From IMG/VR virus record IMGVR_UViG_3300043081_000027: DNA of 64,000 nucleotides; one strand, given 5' to 3'. The translations under genes and the position numbers were made by a program. The notes below the pieces were generated by a model. The model had not been told where the DNA came from. It made no database searches and saw nothing but the letters and a program-made list of their open reading frames with translations. Of this stretch, positions 42,634 through 52,220 are shown piece after piece; position 1 is the first letter of the stretch; every line of letters starts with the position of its first letter. Source of the DNA: a virus.

Positions 42634-45600
42634 AGTTCTTTTATATGTTTAACTCGTTGTTCGACCTCCTGTTGCTTACCAACGTTAAATGACGTCTTGT
42701 AGTCTCCGGTTAAATAACCTGTTACACGGCGTAATCGCTTGATATTTTTACTACCACACATAGGACAAGTATCATTCAATTCATCAATATAACCACAGTC
42801 TTGACAAGAATCATTTGGTACATTAATGGCAAAGTATGGAATATCATGATCCATTGCATAATTAACAATCTCTTCAATAGCTTCTGGATTATGCTTAGTA
42901 GAAGCAGGTAATTCAACATAAGTTATACAACCTGCACTACTGAAACCAGTAAGTTGTGATTCAATTTCAATTTTCTCAAATGGAGTACATTCATGCCATA
43001 CAGGTACGTGCATACTATTAGTAAAGAAATCACGTTCTGTAATTCCTGGAACTTCACCAAATTGCTTCTTAAATTTCTGCATTGCTGTGTAACACAAATT
43101 TTCAGCAGGAGTATAATAAACACCAAAATTAAGTTTATAAGCTTCTTTGAATTCACTGCACCTCTTCTTAAAGAGAGCTTCTAATTCTTTAGCTTTATCC
43201 ATAATTTCTGAATCAGTATGGTCTTTACCGAAAATAATTCTCAAAGCTTCTGATAATCCTAATTGACCAATAGCTAAAGTACCATGTTTTAATGCTGAAC
43301 GAATACCTTCTTCAGGTTTATATCCATACATTACATTATTTTGATACATAAACTTAGCTGATGCAGCATCTTGACTACATATCCAATCAAATCGTTCAAT
43401 TAGCATATCTTTTGCTTCATGAATCTTAGTATCCAACAATTCAATAAATTTATTCCATACTAAATCCTTGATATTTATATCTGCATTATCCATATTAGAT
43501 ATAGCTTGCAGTTTAGAATTCATTGCAAGTGTAGGAAGTATGATTGTAACAGGACAGATATTACCTCTACCATCTTTAAGTTGACCAAAACCATTAATAT
43601 CCCAGCCATTCGCTGTCCTGCATCCCATTGTACTAAAATAAGTGCGAGGATCGTTTATATCATACCCTTCATTACCAGACCAATCTACATTGGCATAATT
43701 AGGGTATAACCTAAGACTCGTAACCTTAGTAGCTTCTTGGAATATATCATAATTCGGATCTCCAGGTTTTCGATTAACACCTTTCATTAATTGAACGATA
43801 CAGCACGGAAAAATCGGAGTGCTATGATGGCTACCAATACCATTCTTACTTACTTCAAGTAAAGCTAGACTAATAAGACGTCCTTCAGGTTGTGTACAAG
43901 TACCATAATTAATAGAAGTGAATGGTAATTGATTACCACTTCTACTTTGTAAAGTATTTAAATTATGATACATACCTTCAACAGCTTGATGAATTTCTCG
44001 TTTAGTCATATCCAAAGCATATTCATAAGAATTGGGATGCTCTTTATACAAACTATCCTCTATAGACAAATCTGTTTGATCATACTTCTCATTACGAATA
44101 TGGTCAATATACTTCAATCCAGTTCTGTAGTGCTTATTAAAAGATAGTCTTACATAAGGAACCATAGTCCAATCTAGATGAGTTGCAGACACACCACCAA
44201 ATTGTTGTAAACTTTGTACTTGGAATATTACAGCTAATAATTGAAATGCTGTATTAACACTCTTAGCAGGTCTAACATCAGTTTGCTTTAGCTTAAACCC
44301 GTTAGTAAGTAAGTCGTCTACTGGTATGCTCAAACAGTTTCCTGTTACCATACATCCAGCCAAAGTAAAACTGTGAGTTTCTGGAGCTTCAACACACCAA
44401 GTTACTTGTACAGATCCAGCCGTTATTTTATCTAACCGCCATGGTTTATTTTCTTGCTGTTTAACACATAGTTGAAAATCATAATAAGTAACATCTTCTT
44501 TGTAATTAGTAGATTTTACATGCTCTCTTTTCGACCAAACATGAAACCCTGCAAGAGGTGCGGCAAATTCAATAAATTCTGCTAATCTACTATCAGTTGT
44601 AGAAATAGTATTATTTGCTTTACACCCATCTGCTGAAAAATAGCCTAAGAAAATACTAGCAATAGCATTTTTATCTAGAATATTCCAAAATTTACCTTCA
44701 AGAAAATTTTGTTTATAAGATCCATTACCTCTAGTATGAAGAGTAATATCTCCATTACTATGATGTTGTCGAATACTATAACCAGCTTTTAAGAAATTAC
44801 CCAAGTATTCTACTTTATCGGAACATAGTCTTACATTCATTCCACTGTTTGTAATTCTACTTTTATCTTTAGAATACATAAAGTAATCACAACCATCGCC
44901 TAATACAAATCCAAAACACCATAAAGTATTGTCTAATATAAAATCAGTTGTACTTACAGGCGTTAATATTAGTTTATCACCAACTTGTATATTATCAGTA
45001 ATATCCCCATTACTTAAAATCCATCTATGATTTCTAGTACAGGTGACAGTTTTCTTAGTAATTCCAGCACTAAACTCTAAAGTGTACATTTTTTGTTTCT
45101 CATATTGATGTACCGTAGCAAATTCCCAATCTCCATTTTTATTTAGAATTTCTACAGGTTGACCGTCTGTAAAACTGTCAAAAGTTCTTACACCTCTAGA
45201 AGTTACAAACTTAGTATCATGGCTATAACAGTTGTGCATCCCCACAGCGTAAGAATCCAAATCATGAATGTATATTTCATTATTTTCATGATTATGCTTA
45301 GCCATTTCAGACATACAATAATTAAGAGCATAATCTTTAGTTACAACTCTACCTGCTTCACCAATACGTCCACCAAATGAATGCTCGTCAATATTAGCAT
45401 TTTGATTTTTTACATTAGAAGCTTCAAGTTTAGATTTAATGCCTTTAATGAGTTTATCTTTTTCAGCACGAAGCATCTTACGTTCTTCTCTATAAAGAAT
45501 ATAAGCTTTAGCTACATCTGGAAAATCATAATCCATTAAAAGCTCTTCAACCTGATCTTGTATATCCTCAATATTAATCTCATCCCAAGTTTGTACTTCA

Positions 45601-45728
45601 TTAGTTATTTCACTAATAACTTTAGAAGCATCTTCGTATCCACACTCTTTAAATGCTGCTGAAATCGCATTTATAATTTTACTCTTATCAAATTCAGCTA
45701 ATGTACCGTCTCTTTTTGTTACTTTCAT
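42630..45728 (-). CDS. nrdD: Anaerobic ribonucleoside-triphosphate reductase NrdD, interrupted in-frame by an intein (host protein about 734 aa)
   Basis: N-terminal ATP-cone; C-terminal Zn ribbon CQDCGYIDELNDTCPMCG and glycyl-radical motif RVTGYL; 1032 aa is about 300 aa longer than typical NrdD. Confidence 0.9.
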   Translation of the reverse strand: MKVTKRDGTLAEFDKSKIINAISAAFKECGYEDASKVISEITNEVQTWDEINIEDIQDQVEELLMDYDFPDVAKAYILYREERKMLRAEKDKLIKGIKSKLEASNVKNQNANIDEHSFGGRIGEAGRVVTKDYALNYCMSEMAKHNHENNEIYIHDLDSYAVGMHNCYSHDTKFVTSRGVRTFDSFTDGQPVEILNKNGDWEFATVHQYEKQKMYTLEFSAGITKKTVTCTRNHRWILSNGDITDNIQVGDKLILTPVSTTDFILDNTLWCFGFVLGDGCDYFMYSKDKSRITNSGMNVRLCSDKVEYLGNFLKAGYSIRQHHSNGDITLHTRGNGSYKQNFLEGKFWNILDKNAIASIFLGYFSADGCKANNTISTTDSRLAEFIEFAAPLAGFHVWSKREHVKSTNYKEDVTYYDFQLCVKQQENKPWRLDKITAGSVQVTWCVEAPETHSFTLAGCMVTGNCLSIPVDDLLTNGFKLKQTDVRPAKSVNTAFQLLAVIFQVQSLQQFGGVSATHLDWTMVPYVRLSFNKHYRTGLKYIDHIRNEKYDQTDLSIEDSLYKEHPNSYEYALDMTKREIHQAVEGMYHNLNTLQSRSGNQLPFTSINYGTCTQPEGRLISLALLEVSKNGIGSHHSTPIFPCCIVQLMKGVNRKPGDPNYDIFQEATKVTSLRLYPNYANVDWSGNEGYDINDPRTYFSTMGCRTANGWDINGFGQLKDGRGNICPVTIILPTLAMNSKLQAISNMDNADINIKDLVWNKFIELLDTKIHEAKDMLIERFDWICSQDAASAKFMYQNNVMYGYKPEEGIRSALKHGTLAIGQLGLSEALRIIFGKDHTDSEIMDKAKELEALFKKRCSEFKEAYKLNFGVYYTPAENLCYTAMQKFKKQFGEVPGITERDFFTNSMHVPVWHECTPFEKIEIESQLTGFSSAGCITYVELPASTKHNPEAIEEIVNYAMDHDIPYFAINVPNDSCQDCGYIDELNDTCPMCGSKNIKRLRRVTGYLTGDYKTSFNVGKQQEVEQRVKHIKEL
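44337..45230 (-). mobile_element. Intein (298 aa) with LAGLIDADG homing-endonuclease domain inside NrdD
   Basis: Junctions AVGMHN|CYSHDTKFV ... HSFTLAGCMVTGN|CLSIPVD; block B TCTRNH; dodecapeptide motifs LWCFGFVLGDGC and FLGYFSADGC; C-terminal Asn followed by Cys. Confidence 0.75.
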
Positions 45729-45831
45729 AAGTTTATTGTAGTTTATTAATTATTTCGAGCAAATAGAATTAAAATTAACCATTTAAAGGTTAACTTCAAA
45801 ACTATTCATAGCTCTTAAATTAGTATTCTAC

Positions 45832-46620
45832 TTATACACCTAGGATTCGTCCAACAAGAAGAGTCTTTTCATAACGAGTAAAGCAATCTTTACTCCAGTT
45901 ATCGGTTATTTGCTGAGTAAAGGCATTGTACACATTCAGCATACTACAGTCATGATTACCTGTAAAATAATCACTATCCTCATTTACAAATAACTCCTTA
46001 TAAGCACTTAATACCATAGTTGTAGCAACCTTCACTTTACCATAACCAGAGGTATAATCCATACCCATAGAGTTACGAATCCAACGTCCCAAACTTTCAT
46101 TTATATTTAAATCTGAAGCTTCAAACGTAGTGTCATTAAGCATTCTTAGTGTATTACTGATTGTCTCAGTACGTTCTAGCAATCGCTTAATAGGTGTAAA
46201 ATCAAGAGCTGTTTCAGGTTCAATTTCTTGAATATCCAAACCACTAGGAGAGAATACACACAAATTAGTACAAGCAGAGCGTTCTGCACCACTGTACAGT
46301 TTACAAATAGGCTTACGTACATCCAATCCATATACCATACCAACTACTTGTGTATGACCTTCAAAAGCATACTCATTAGGGAGAACAGCTTCTATATTAA
46401 CACGATTAAATGTTAAATCGTCAGTGACTACATTACCAGAATCAGTAAGAGTTATTTGTTCTGGAGTTTTTACTTTAACGGTAAAATTATTGGTATACTT
46501 AGAAAGTCTATCAATAAAAGGCTCCAAGTAATCAGCAGTCTTAAAATAGTCTTTCTCCTTAATTCTAGTTGCCTTACCTTGAAGAATTTCCTCTAAGGTA
46601 AATACATGTTCGTTTGTCAT
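45832..46620 (-). CDS. hypothetical protein
   Basis: 262-aa ORF. Confidence 0.45.
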   Translation of the reverse strand: MTNEHVFTLEEILQGKATRIKEKDYFKTADYLEPFIDRLSKYTNNFTVKVKTPEQITLTDSGNVVTDDLTFNRVNIEAVLPNEYAFEGHTQVVGMVYGLDVRKPICKLYSGAERSACTNLCVFSPSGLDIQEIEPETALDFTPIKRLLERTETISNTLRMLNDTTFEASDLNINESLGRWIRNSMGMDYTSGYGKVKVATTMVLSAYKELFVNEDSDYFTGNHDCSMLNVYNAFTQQITDNWSKDCFTRYEKTLLVGRILGV

Positions 46621-46626
46621 AATTCT

Positions 46627-48189
46627 TTAAAAGTTTTGAAATTCACCACGTAAAATGTTATCTCCTTGAATAATATCATAAGACACTCCATAAGAGTTTC
46701 TAGAGAAATTAAATGCACTGTAATCACTTGCACCATACAAACTCAATACATTTCTATAATCGAATTTAAAGCAAGAAGAGTAAGCACTTGAATGTAAGTC
46801 GCCTTTAATAATGTGAACATTCTTACTTTGTTCATTATTATTATCAAGAACTTCATACAAGAAGCCTCTAGACTTATCATCCAAATTAAGAGGAAGACCT
46901 CTTTTCATAAATTTCTGATCTTTGCCATGAGTTAAATAGAAACTATGAACTCCTTCTTCAAATTTACCTAAGAAAGTATCAAACAGTACAGTTTCATACC
47001 CAAGAGAATTTAAAGCAGCAAACAATGCTTTAGTAGCAACATATTCAAATGCGCCAGTATGATTACCACATCTTACTGAATAAAAGCGAATACATGGAGC
47101 TACTTCAAGCTTCTTTAATTGCTCTACAAACTTCATCATTACTGAAATATAGACATTAGCTTGTTCAAAACCATCCATATTCTCAGGCATGTAATGATCA
47201 AGTCTATTAGTCATATTAGCAGGCCCACAACAATCCATCATATCACCCATTAAGCAAACATTTAATCTGTCTACTTTACCAAGTGTTTCAAGTCTTGCTG
47301 CAACTTGATGAAGTCTGCGATAAACTTCATTCATTCCATAATTCTTATTTTCATCATATAATGTACCAGATTCTACTGCTGCACCTACGTGCATATCAGC
47401 TAAGTAAAGATTGAGACTTCTACCATAAGAAGTTTCTTTCTCAACTGCAGGGCAATCTGGAATATTAAGAACTTTGAATGAAAGATTCTCTTGTTTAGTA
47501 AGTTGCTTCTTTAATTCTATATTCTCTTTAGCATACTTCTTACAAAGATTACTTGTATCTCGTATAGCATCCTCTTCTGCTTTACGCATAAAGTCATTCT
47601 CCTTCTCACGACTTTGCATAGCGCGTAATTCATCAATGCTTAATTCCTCAATCATATGAGGAGGGAATGGAGAACTTGCTTTATAAATACCAAAAGCAGA
47701 AAGAATTCTTTTAAAATCAACTAAAGATAAATCAGGGAAGTGTCGTACAATTTCACGTTGTGTTAGTGATACTCCGTAATATGAATATAATCTATATACA
47801 GTAAACATCTCCTCTCTACTAAGTTTACCAATAAGAGGAGTTTTGTTCTTACGATATATCTTATAAGTATAATACACTATTTTACCATCGGAGTTACGTT
47901 CATAACCAACTTCGGTGGCATTTAGTGATTCTACTTCTTCTACAGAGACCGGTTCTTCTGACTCAATCTTATCATATTGTTCATTCTTATTAACTATAGA
48001 ATTATATAAGTTAACTACTTCGTTATAAGATTCTGTAGAGTGATCCATAGTCCTGCGGTATTCGTGCATACGATCATAGATTGACTGTTTCTTAATATCG
48101 TTAGCAGAGCAATATGCAGAAATAGACAGACCACTATCTTTAATAGCTTTAAGAGTTTCAATAAATGATAAAATTGTTTTTTCTTTCAT
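46627..48189 (-). CDS. Calcineurin-like metallophosphoesterase with an approximately 250-aa N-terminal domain of unknown function
   Basis: MPP motifs in order: LADMHVG (DxH), MGDMMD (GDxxD), CGNHTG (GNH), GDLHS. Confidence 0.6.
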   Translation of the reverse strand: MKEKTILSFIETLKAIKDSGLSISAYCSANDIKKQSIYDRMHEYRRTMDHSTESYNEVVNLYNSIVNKNEQYDKIESEEPVSVEEVESLNATEVGYERNSDGKIVYYTYKIYRKNKTPLIGKLSREEMFTVYRLYSYYGVSLTQREIVRHFPDLSLVDFKRILSAFGIYKASSPFPPHMIEELSIDELRAMQSREKENDFMRKAEEDAIRDTSNLCKKYAKENIELKKQLTKQENLSFKVLNIPDCPAVEKETSYGRSLNLYLADMHVGAAVESGTLYDENKNYGMNEVYRRLHQVAARLETLGKVDRLNVCLMGDMMDCCGPANMTNRLDHYMPENMDGFEQANVYISVMMKFVEQLKKLEVAPCIRFYSVRCGNHTGAFEYVATKALFAALNSLGYETVLFDTFLGKFEEGVHSFYLTHGKDQKFMKRGLPLNLDDKSRGFLYEVLDNNNEQSKNVHIIKGDLHSSAYSSCFKFDYRNVLSLYGASDYSAFNFSRNSYGVSYDIIQGDNILRGEFQNF

Positions 48190-48268
48190 ATAGTTTATTT
48201 ATAATTAGGTAGCATTTACGCCGTTATAGTATTTCATCTTTTTATTTAGTTTATCTATATACGAAAAT

Positions 48269-48294
48269 AGGGCGGAATCTCACGACTCCACCCT
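48269..48294 (-). terminator. Putative intrinsic terminator downstream of the GC-rich gene
   Basis: On the - transcript, agggugg / ccgcccu stem with a U-G wobble and a 12-nt loop, followed by auuuucg. Confidence 0.3.
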
Positions 48295-48320
48295 ACTTTA
48301 TGATTCAATTTACTTTATAA

Positions 48321-48878
48321 TTAGTTCTCGTTACCAAATACAATCCAACGACCAGACTTAGCTGACTTAGACGGAGTGTACTCGATAGTAAATGCAAGAG
48401 GCTCACCCTCAGCTACAACCTTACCCTTAGTACAAACGAGCTTGCCATGGAAGCCATTAGAAATCAACTCCTTAGCCTTCTGCTTTGCATCAGCCTTAGT
48501 AGTATCAACTACTGCAAGAGTCTTACCACTTGCGGGGTCGATAATGTTATAAACACTCTTCCACTTACGCTTACCCTGCTCATTCTTAACATCGGTAACA
48601 GTCCAAGGACGCTCACGAGTATCCTTAACAGCAGAATCGAGAGTAATGATATAACCCAAACCCGGAGCACACTTGCCCTTAGCCTGCATATAATCAAGCA
48701 TAAACTGCTTAACATCCTTCTCGGTTACTGCACCAGTGAGCTTAGACAAATACTTGCGATATGCCTGAGTAGCATCACCATTAATAATAAACTTCAAATC
48801 GGCTGCATTGATTGCCTCTTCCTTAGTTGCACCTACGATTTCCAATTTCTTAAAAGACATTACTGAATTTGTTGCCAT
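48321..48878 (-). CDS. hypothetical protein with locally elevated GC (track ORF trimmed to MATNSVMSF start)
   Basis: GC content of this ORF is visibly higher than its surroundings; it is flanked by an upstream palindrome and a downstream hairpin. Confidence 0.45.
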   Translation of the reverse strand: MATNSVMSFKKLEIVGATKEEAINAADLKFIINGDATQAYRKYLSKLTGAVTEKDVKQFMLDYMQAKGKCAPGLGYIITLDSAVKDTRERPWTVTDVKNEQGKRKWKSVYNIIDPASGKTLAVVDTTKADAKQKAKELISNGFHGKLVCTKGKVVAEGEPLAFTIEYTPSKSAKSGRWIVFGNEN

Positions 48879-48942
48879 AATAGTAAATAAATTTAAAACA
48901 TTAACATTAATCATTCCCATCACTCATTGACAGGTTTTGTAT

Positions 48943-48973
48943 CTGATTATTTAACCAGCGTGATACAATAATA
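48943..48973. promoter_or_regulatory. 7-bp inverted repeat ttgtatc-N17-gatacaa upstream of the GC-rich gene (candidate operator)
   Basis: Seen directly in the 93-nt intergenic region. Confidence 0.25.
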
Positions 48974-49016
48974 CCCATTATCACGAATTTTCAAAATCTA
49001 CTTATGTAAAAATTTG

Positions 49017-49355
49017 TTAAAATGGTAGCTGGTCACGAAGTAGTTTTGTAATTTGTGCAGGCATGTCTTTTGCTTTCATACCCAAGTCTGGAAACTTTTT
49101 ACACCCATCAGAAAACCACTCACAAACTAAAGAAAGAACCTCTATTAGATTGTCATCAATAGGTTCTCCCTTAGTACACATGCGAATCACTTCGTAATGT
49201 GTTATTCCAGGTTTTTTCTGCTTAAGAGCATTTGTAAGATAACAAATAGTACTAATAAGTCCTATTTTATCTCCTAAATCTTCAGAAGCAGGAATTCCAA
49301 AGAATAATTCATGTTTTAGGCGATATTGCCAATCTTTATATCTATTCGTATCCAT
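49017..49355 (-). CDS. hypothetical protein
   Basis: ORF. Confidence 0.4.
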   Translation of the reverse strand: MDTNRYKDWQYRLKHELFFGIPASEDLGDKIGLISTICYLTNALKQKKPGITHYEVIRMCTKGEPIDDNLIEVLSLVCEWFSDGCKKFPDLGMKAKDMPAQITKLLRDQLPF

Positions 49356-50385
49356 AAGCTTTATACCAAGCGATTAATTTAAGTAACCAGATAAATTCAA
49401 CTACCCCAGCTTTATACCAGTGCTTTTTCATAGAAACAACACTACTATTAAACTTGTCTGTAGTTTCAACTACTAAAAAATTACCACTAACAGAAGGATT
49501 TTTCAAATCATACTTATCAGCACCAAGCTGTAATAACCAAGTATAGAAAGCAATCTCTCTATAATAATGGAAATTCTTAACGGCATAATTAAATCCATCT
49601 AAAGGCTTTCCAGTAGTTTTAACATCATTAATCACAATAGAATTATTTAATTGATCAATGGTGTAATTATCCAGTTTAGCTTTTAACTTCATAATGAAAG
49701 GTTCTACATCAGGTAGATTTACTTCTACATCTAATAGTATAGTAGTTTCATTATAGCTAGGAAGCTCATTATCTAGAATGTCTTTAGGATGTAACAATTT
49801 CTGTATAGCTTTATTAGCTTCTATAGAACTCATTACATTCTGCAATCTATCTAATGAATTAGCATCCAAATAAATTGGCTTACGAGTATCAGTAGAAGAT
49901 TGCTCAAATTTAAACCTTTCTTTAAAATAAGGCTTGATAGTTGCTTTAACTTTGCTTAATTGATTTGCTGTTAAGAAACCATGATAATAATCAACTGTAC
50001 TAGCAGCATCTCTAATTTTTTCATCGTCAGGCAATTCTCCAGTTTTACTTGCATATCCCCAAAGTAAATCAGCCATCATTCCTACCTTAGCGGAAGGAGC
50101 TTTAACGTCTTCACAAAGGAAAAAGGTGTCAGGTTGCAAGCTGAGTTCATGCACTGCCGAACCAAAAGCTAAACTAGATGAAAACTTGTTATGTTTTGAT
50201 AGCCCTTCAAAGAAATCTTTAGGACAACCTCCTTGCATTGGGTTAATTAAACCCATTCTTGAGTTACTAATGTAATCTGCATACTCTTTACCAAAATATA
50301 CAGAATCATCAATATCAGTTATCTTTAAAGTTTCTACTAAAGGCTTAATAGTTACTTTAGATAACATTTGCTTATTTGGAATCAT
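49342..50385 (-). CDS. hypothetical protein, possibly a PD-(D/E)xK-type exonuclease
   Basis: Weak motif series LLDVEVNLPDVEPF ... INDVKTTGK ... YYREIAFY; low certainty. Confidence 0.3.
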   Translation of the reverse strand: MIPNKQMLSKVTIKPLVETLKITDIDDSVYFGKEYADYISNSRMGLINPMQGGCPKDFFEGLSKHNKFSSSLAFGSAVHELSLQPDTFFLCEDVKAPSAKVGMMADLLWGYASKTGELPDDEKIRDAASTVDYYHGFLTANQLSKVKATIKPYFKERFKFEQSSTDTRKPIYLDANSLDRLQNVMSSIEANKAIQKLLHPKDILDNELPSYNETTILLDVEVNLPDVEPFIMKLKAKLDNYTIDQLNNSIVINDVKTTGKPLDGFNYAVKNFHYYREIAFYTWLLQLGADKYDLKNPSVSGNFLVVETTDKFNSSVVSMKKHWYKAGVVEFIWLLKLIAWYKAYGYE

Positions 50386-50900
50386 ATTAACGCTCTAAAG
50401 TTAGGTAGTATATCTGCCTTGAATAACTCATAGGCATCTTCTATCTCATACTTATCAAGTGAATACACCCTTCCAATAGGCCCCCAATCTTCATTAGATT
50501 CAGAATCCATAAGAAGACAGGGAACTCCAGCTAAATTCATAGCTATGAAATTAGATACAGAATCGTCTACAAAGACATCAACTCTACCTTTAATTACATC
50601 AGCTTTGTTTTTTCGCTGGCTACATATTTGATATACAGGAGCTTCTGGGTAAGAATGCTCTTGTAACCATTGCTTTGTCCACGGTTTCGGATTAACTCGC
50701 TTACTGCAATACAAAGCTACATCAAAATTAGGTTTATGTTTTTCTGGCAAACCTAACCAAAAATCTTTGTCTTTAATCAAAACTCTTTGTACGTGTTTTG
50801 TAATTACACTATCACTAGCAGGCATACCAAATCTTTCGATATAGCATCTCCACCAGTAATTACATGTATCATCACAATCTAATCCAATGCGTAACTTCAT
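50382..50900 (-). CDS. HAD-superfamily phosphatase, 5'(3')-deoxyribonucleotidase-like
   Basis: Motif I GLDCDDT (DxDxT) and motif IV VFVDDS. Confidence 0.55.
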   Translation of the reverse strand: MKLRIGLDCDDTCNYWWRCYIERFGMPASDSVITKHVQRVLIKDKDFWLGLPEKHKPNFDVALYCSKRVNPKPWTKQWLQEHSYPEAPVYQICSQRKNKADVIKGRVDVFVDDSVSNFIAMNLAGVPCLLMDSESNEDWGPIGRVYSLDKYEIEDAYELFKADILPNFRALI

Positions 50901-50917
50901 AATTTCGTCTACAATGG

Positions 50918-51205
50918 CTAATTAACTTCTATAACTTTAAAATTCTTATTAATATCAGTTTCTACTTCTTTATCGTATGGATATACGTAAAAAGCGTGCT
51001 GCAAATCTTCCCAACAGGATTCATATTCTAATTGAAATCCTTCTTTTGTAGCCCACTTAGAACGTTTTTTATCACGTCTGCACATATCCAAATAATGCTG
51101 AAATTCCTCCTCGAAAGTTAGAACCTCAGCATTTTGTATTTTAGGTTTACACCTATGCAGTACTAATAATTTATGTTCCTTACGATAAGTTTCATCAAAG
51201 TTCAT
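50918..51205 (-). CDS. hypothetical protein
   Basis: ORF. Confidence 0.4.
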   Translation of the reverse strand: MNFDETYRKEHKLLVLHRCKPKIQNAEVLTFEEEFQHYLDMCRRDKKRSKWATKEGFQLEYESCWEDLQHAFYVYPYDKEVETDINKNFKVIEVN

Positions 51206-52220
51206 GTTTTAACAATTGATAAAATAATGTATCAGGTAATACAACTAACTAATGATTTAAATCGTTTTCTACACTTTGCTAAATTAAAATTTCAACATCT
51301 TTTAAATCGTTTATAATATAAGGTATTTCTAACAGTTTAATTTTATTATCTTTGCAGAATTTTCTAATATAATTGTCTCGAATTTGCTAATCTTCTAATT
51401 TTAATTCTCCTCCAAACTATTTAACTGGCACATAATGCTAAATCCCATTATATTCTATAAATATATTACAGTCTGGTAAATAAAAATCAACATAACAATA
51501 TCCAGATACACGAATATCTTTTGGAGCTTGAATTCTATACTGCGAAACATAATTAATATTTAAGTTTTTTAAAACTGTTTCCACTAAAAATTCACCCTTA
51601 GACTAATTACATTTAGGACACCTTGCATGATTATGTAGGTGGTCATGAGCATTCTAAGTAATTTCTCCATGTATAGGGCAAATATATGTAATTTTGTTCT
51701 CAATTCCAGTATATATTGTATTAGAATAATTATAATCAGGATTTAATTTCTGACATCTAGAAATAAATTCTTCTTGCGACATTAATAATTTTTCAGATAT
51801 ACTTTTTCTACCACATTTTGAACATCCTTTCCCAGACAAATGATTTGCAGGATCCTGTAAAAATTCACCATGTTCAGGACATATTATTATACCTTTAGTT
51901 CTGCAATTAATATAATTAAATTTACTATAATCATACTTATTATTATGAACTGCATTAGCATCTTTTATAAAACTATCTATATCTTTAGCTCTATCATTAC
52001 TTAGTTTCTAAAATTTACATTTTGGGCAACCCTAGCCTTTTGTATGAGCATCCGGTGTTTGCCAAAATTCTCCATGTTCATTACCATTAACGTCAAGTTC
52101 ATGACAAATTATACACACTTTATCTTTTTTAGTATGATACTCAGCTTTAGAATAATCATATTTATTACCATGAGCTTCCTAAGCCTACTCTACAAATTCA
52201 GCGGTTGTTAACTTTCTCAT
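51195..52220 (-). CDS. TAG-recoded endonuclease-like gene (about 341 codons): three tandem Zn-ribbon modules (KYDYS...HGEF...GCPKC) plus a C-terminal DUF559/Vsr-like PD-(D/E)xK endonuclease domain
   Basis: A single - strand frame from ATG (52220) to TGA (51197-51195) is interrupted 11 times by TAG only, with no TAA/TGA. Track ORF 51654..51839 is an internal fragment. C-terminal domain NIFIEYNGI[Q]HYVPVK[Q]FGGELKLED[Q]QIRDNYIRKFCKDNKIKLLEIPY. Confidence 0.55.

Noticed and set aside
42630-45728. Oversized NrdD as a fusion with an unrelated domain
   Set aside because: The extra 298 aa carry canonical intein blocks and LAGLIDADG motifs with Cys at both +1 positions.
51654-51839. Stand-alone 61-aa zinc-ribbon ORF
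   Set aside because: It is an internal fragment of the 341-codon TAG-interrupted endonuclease-like gene.
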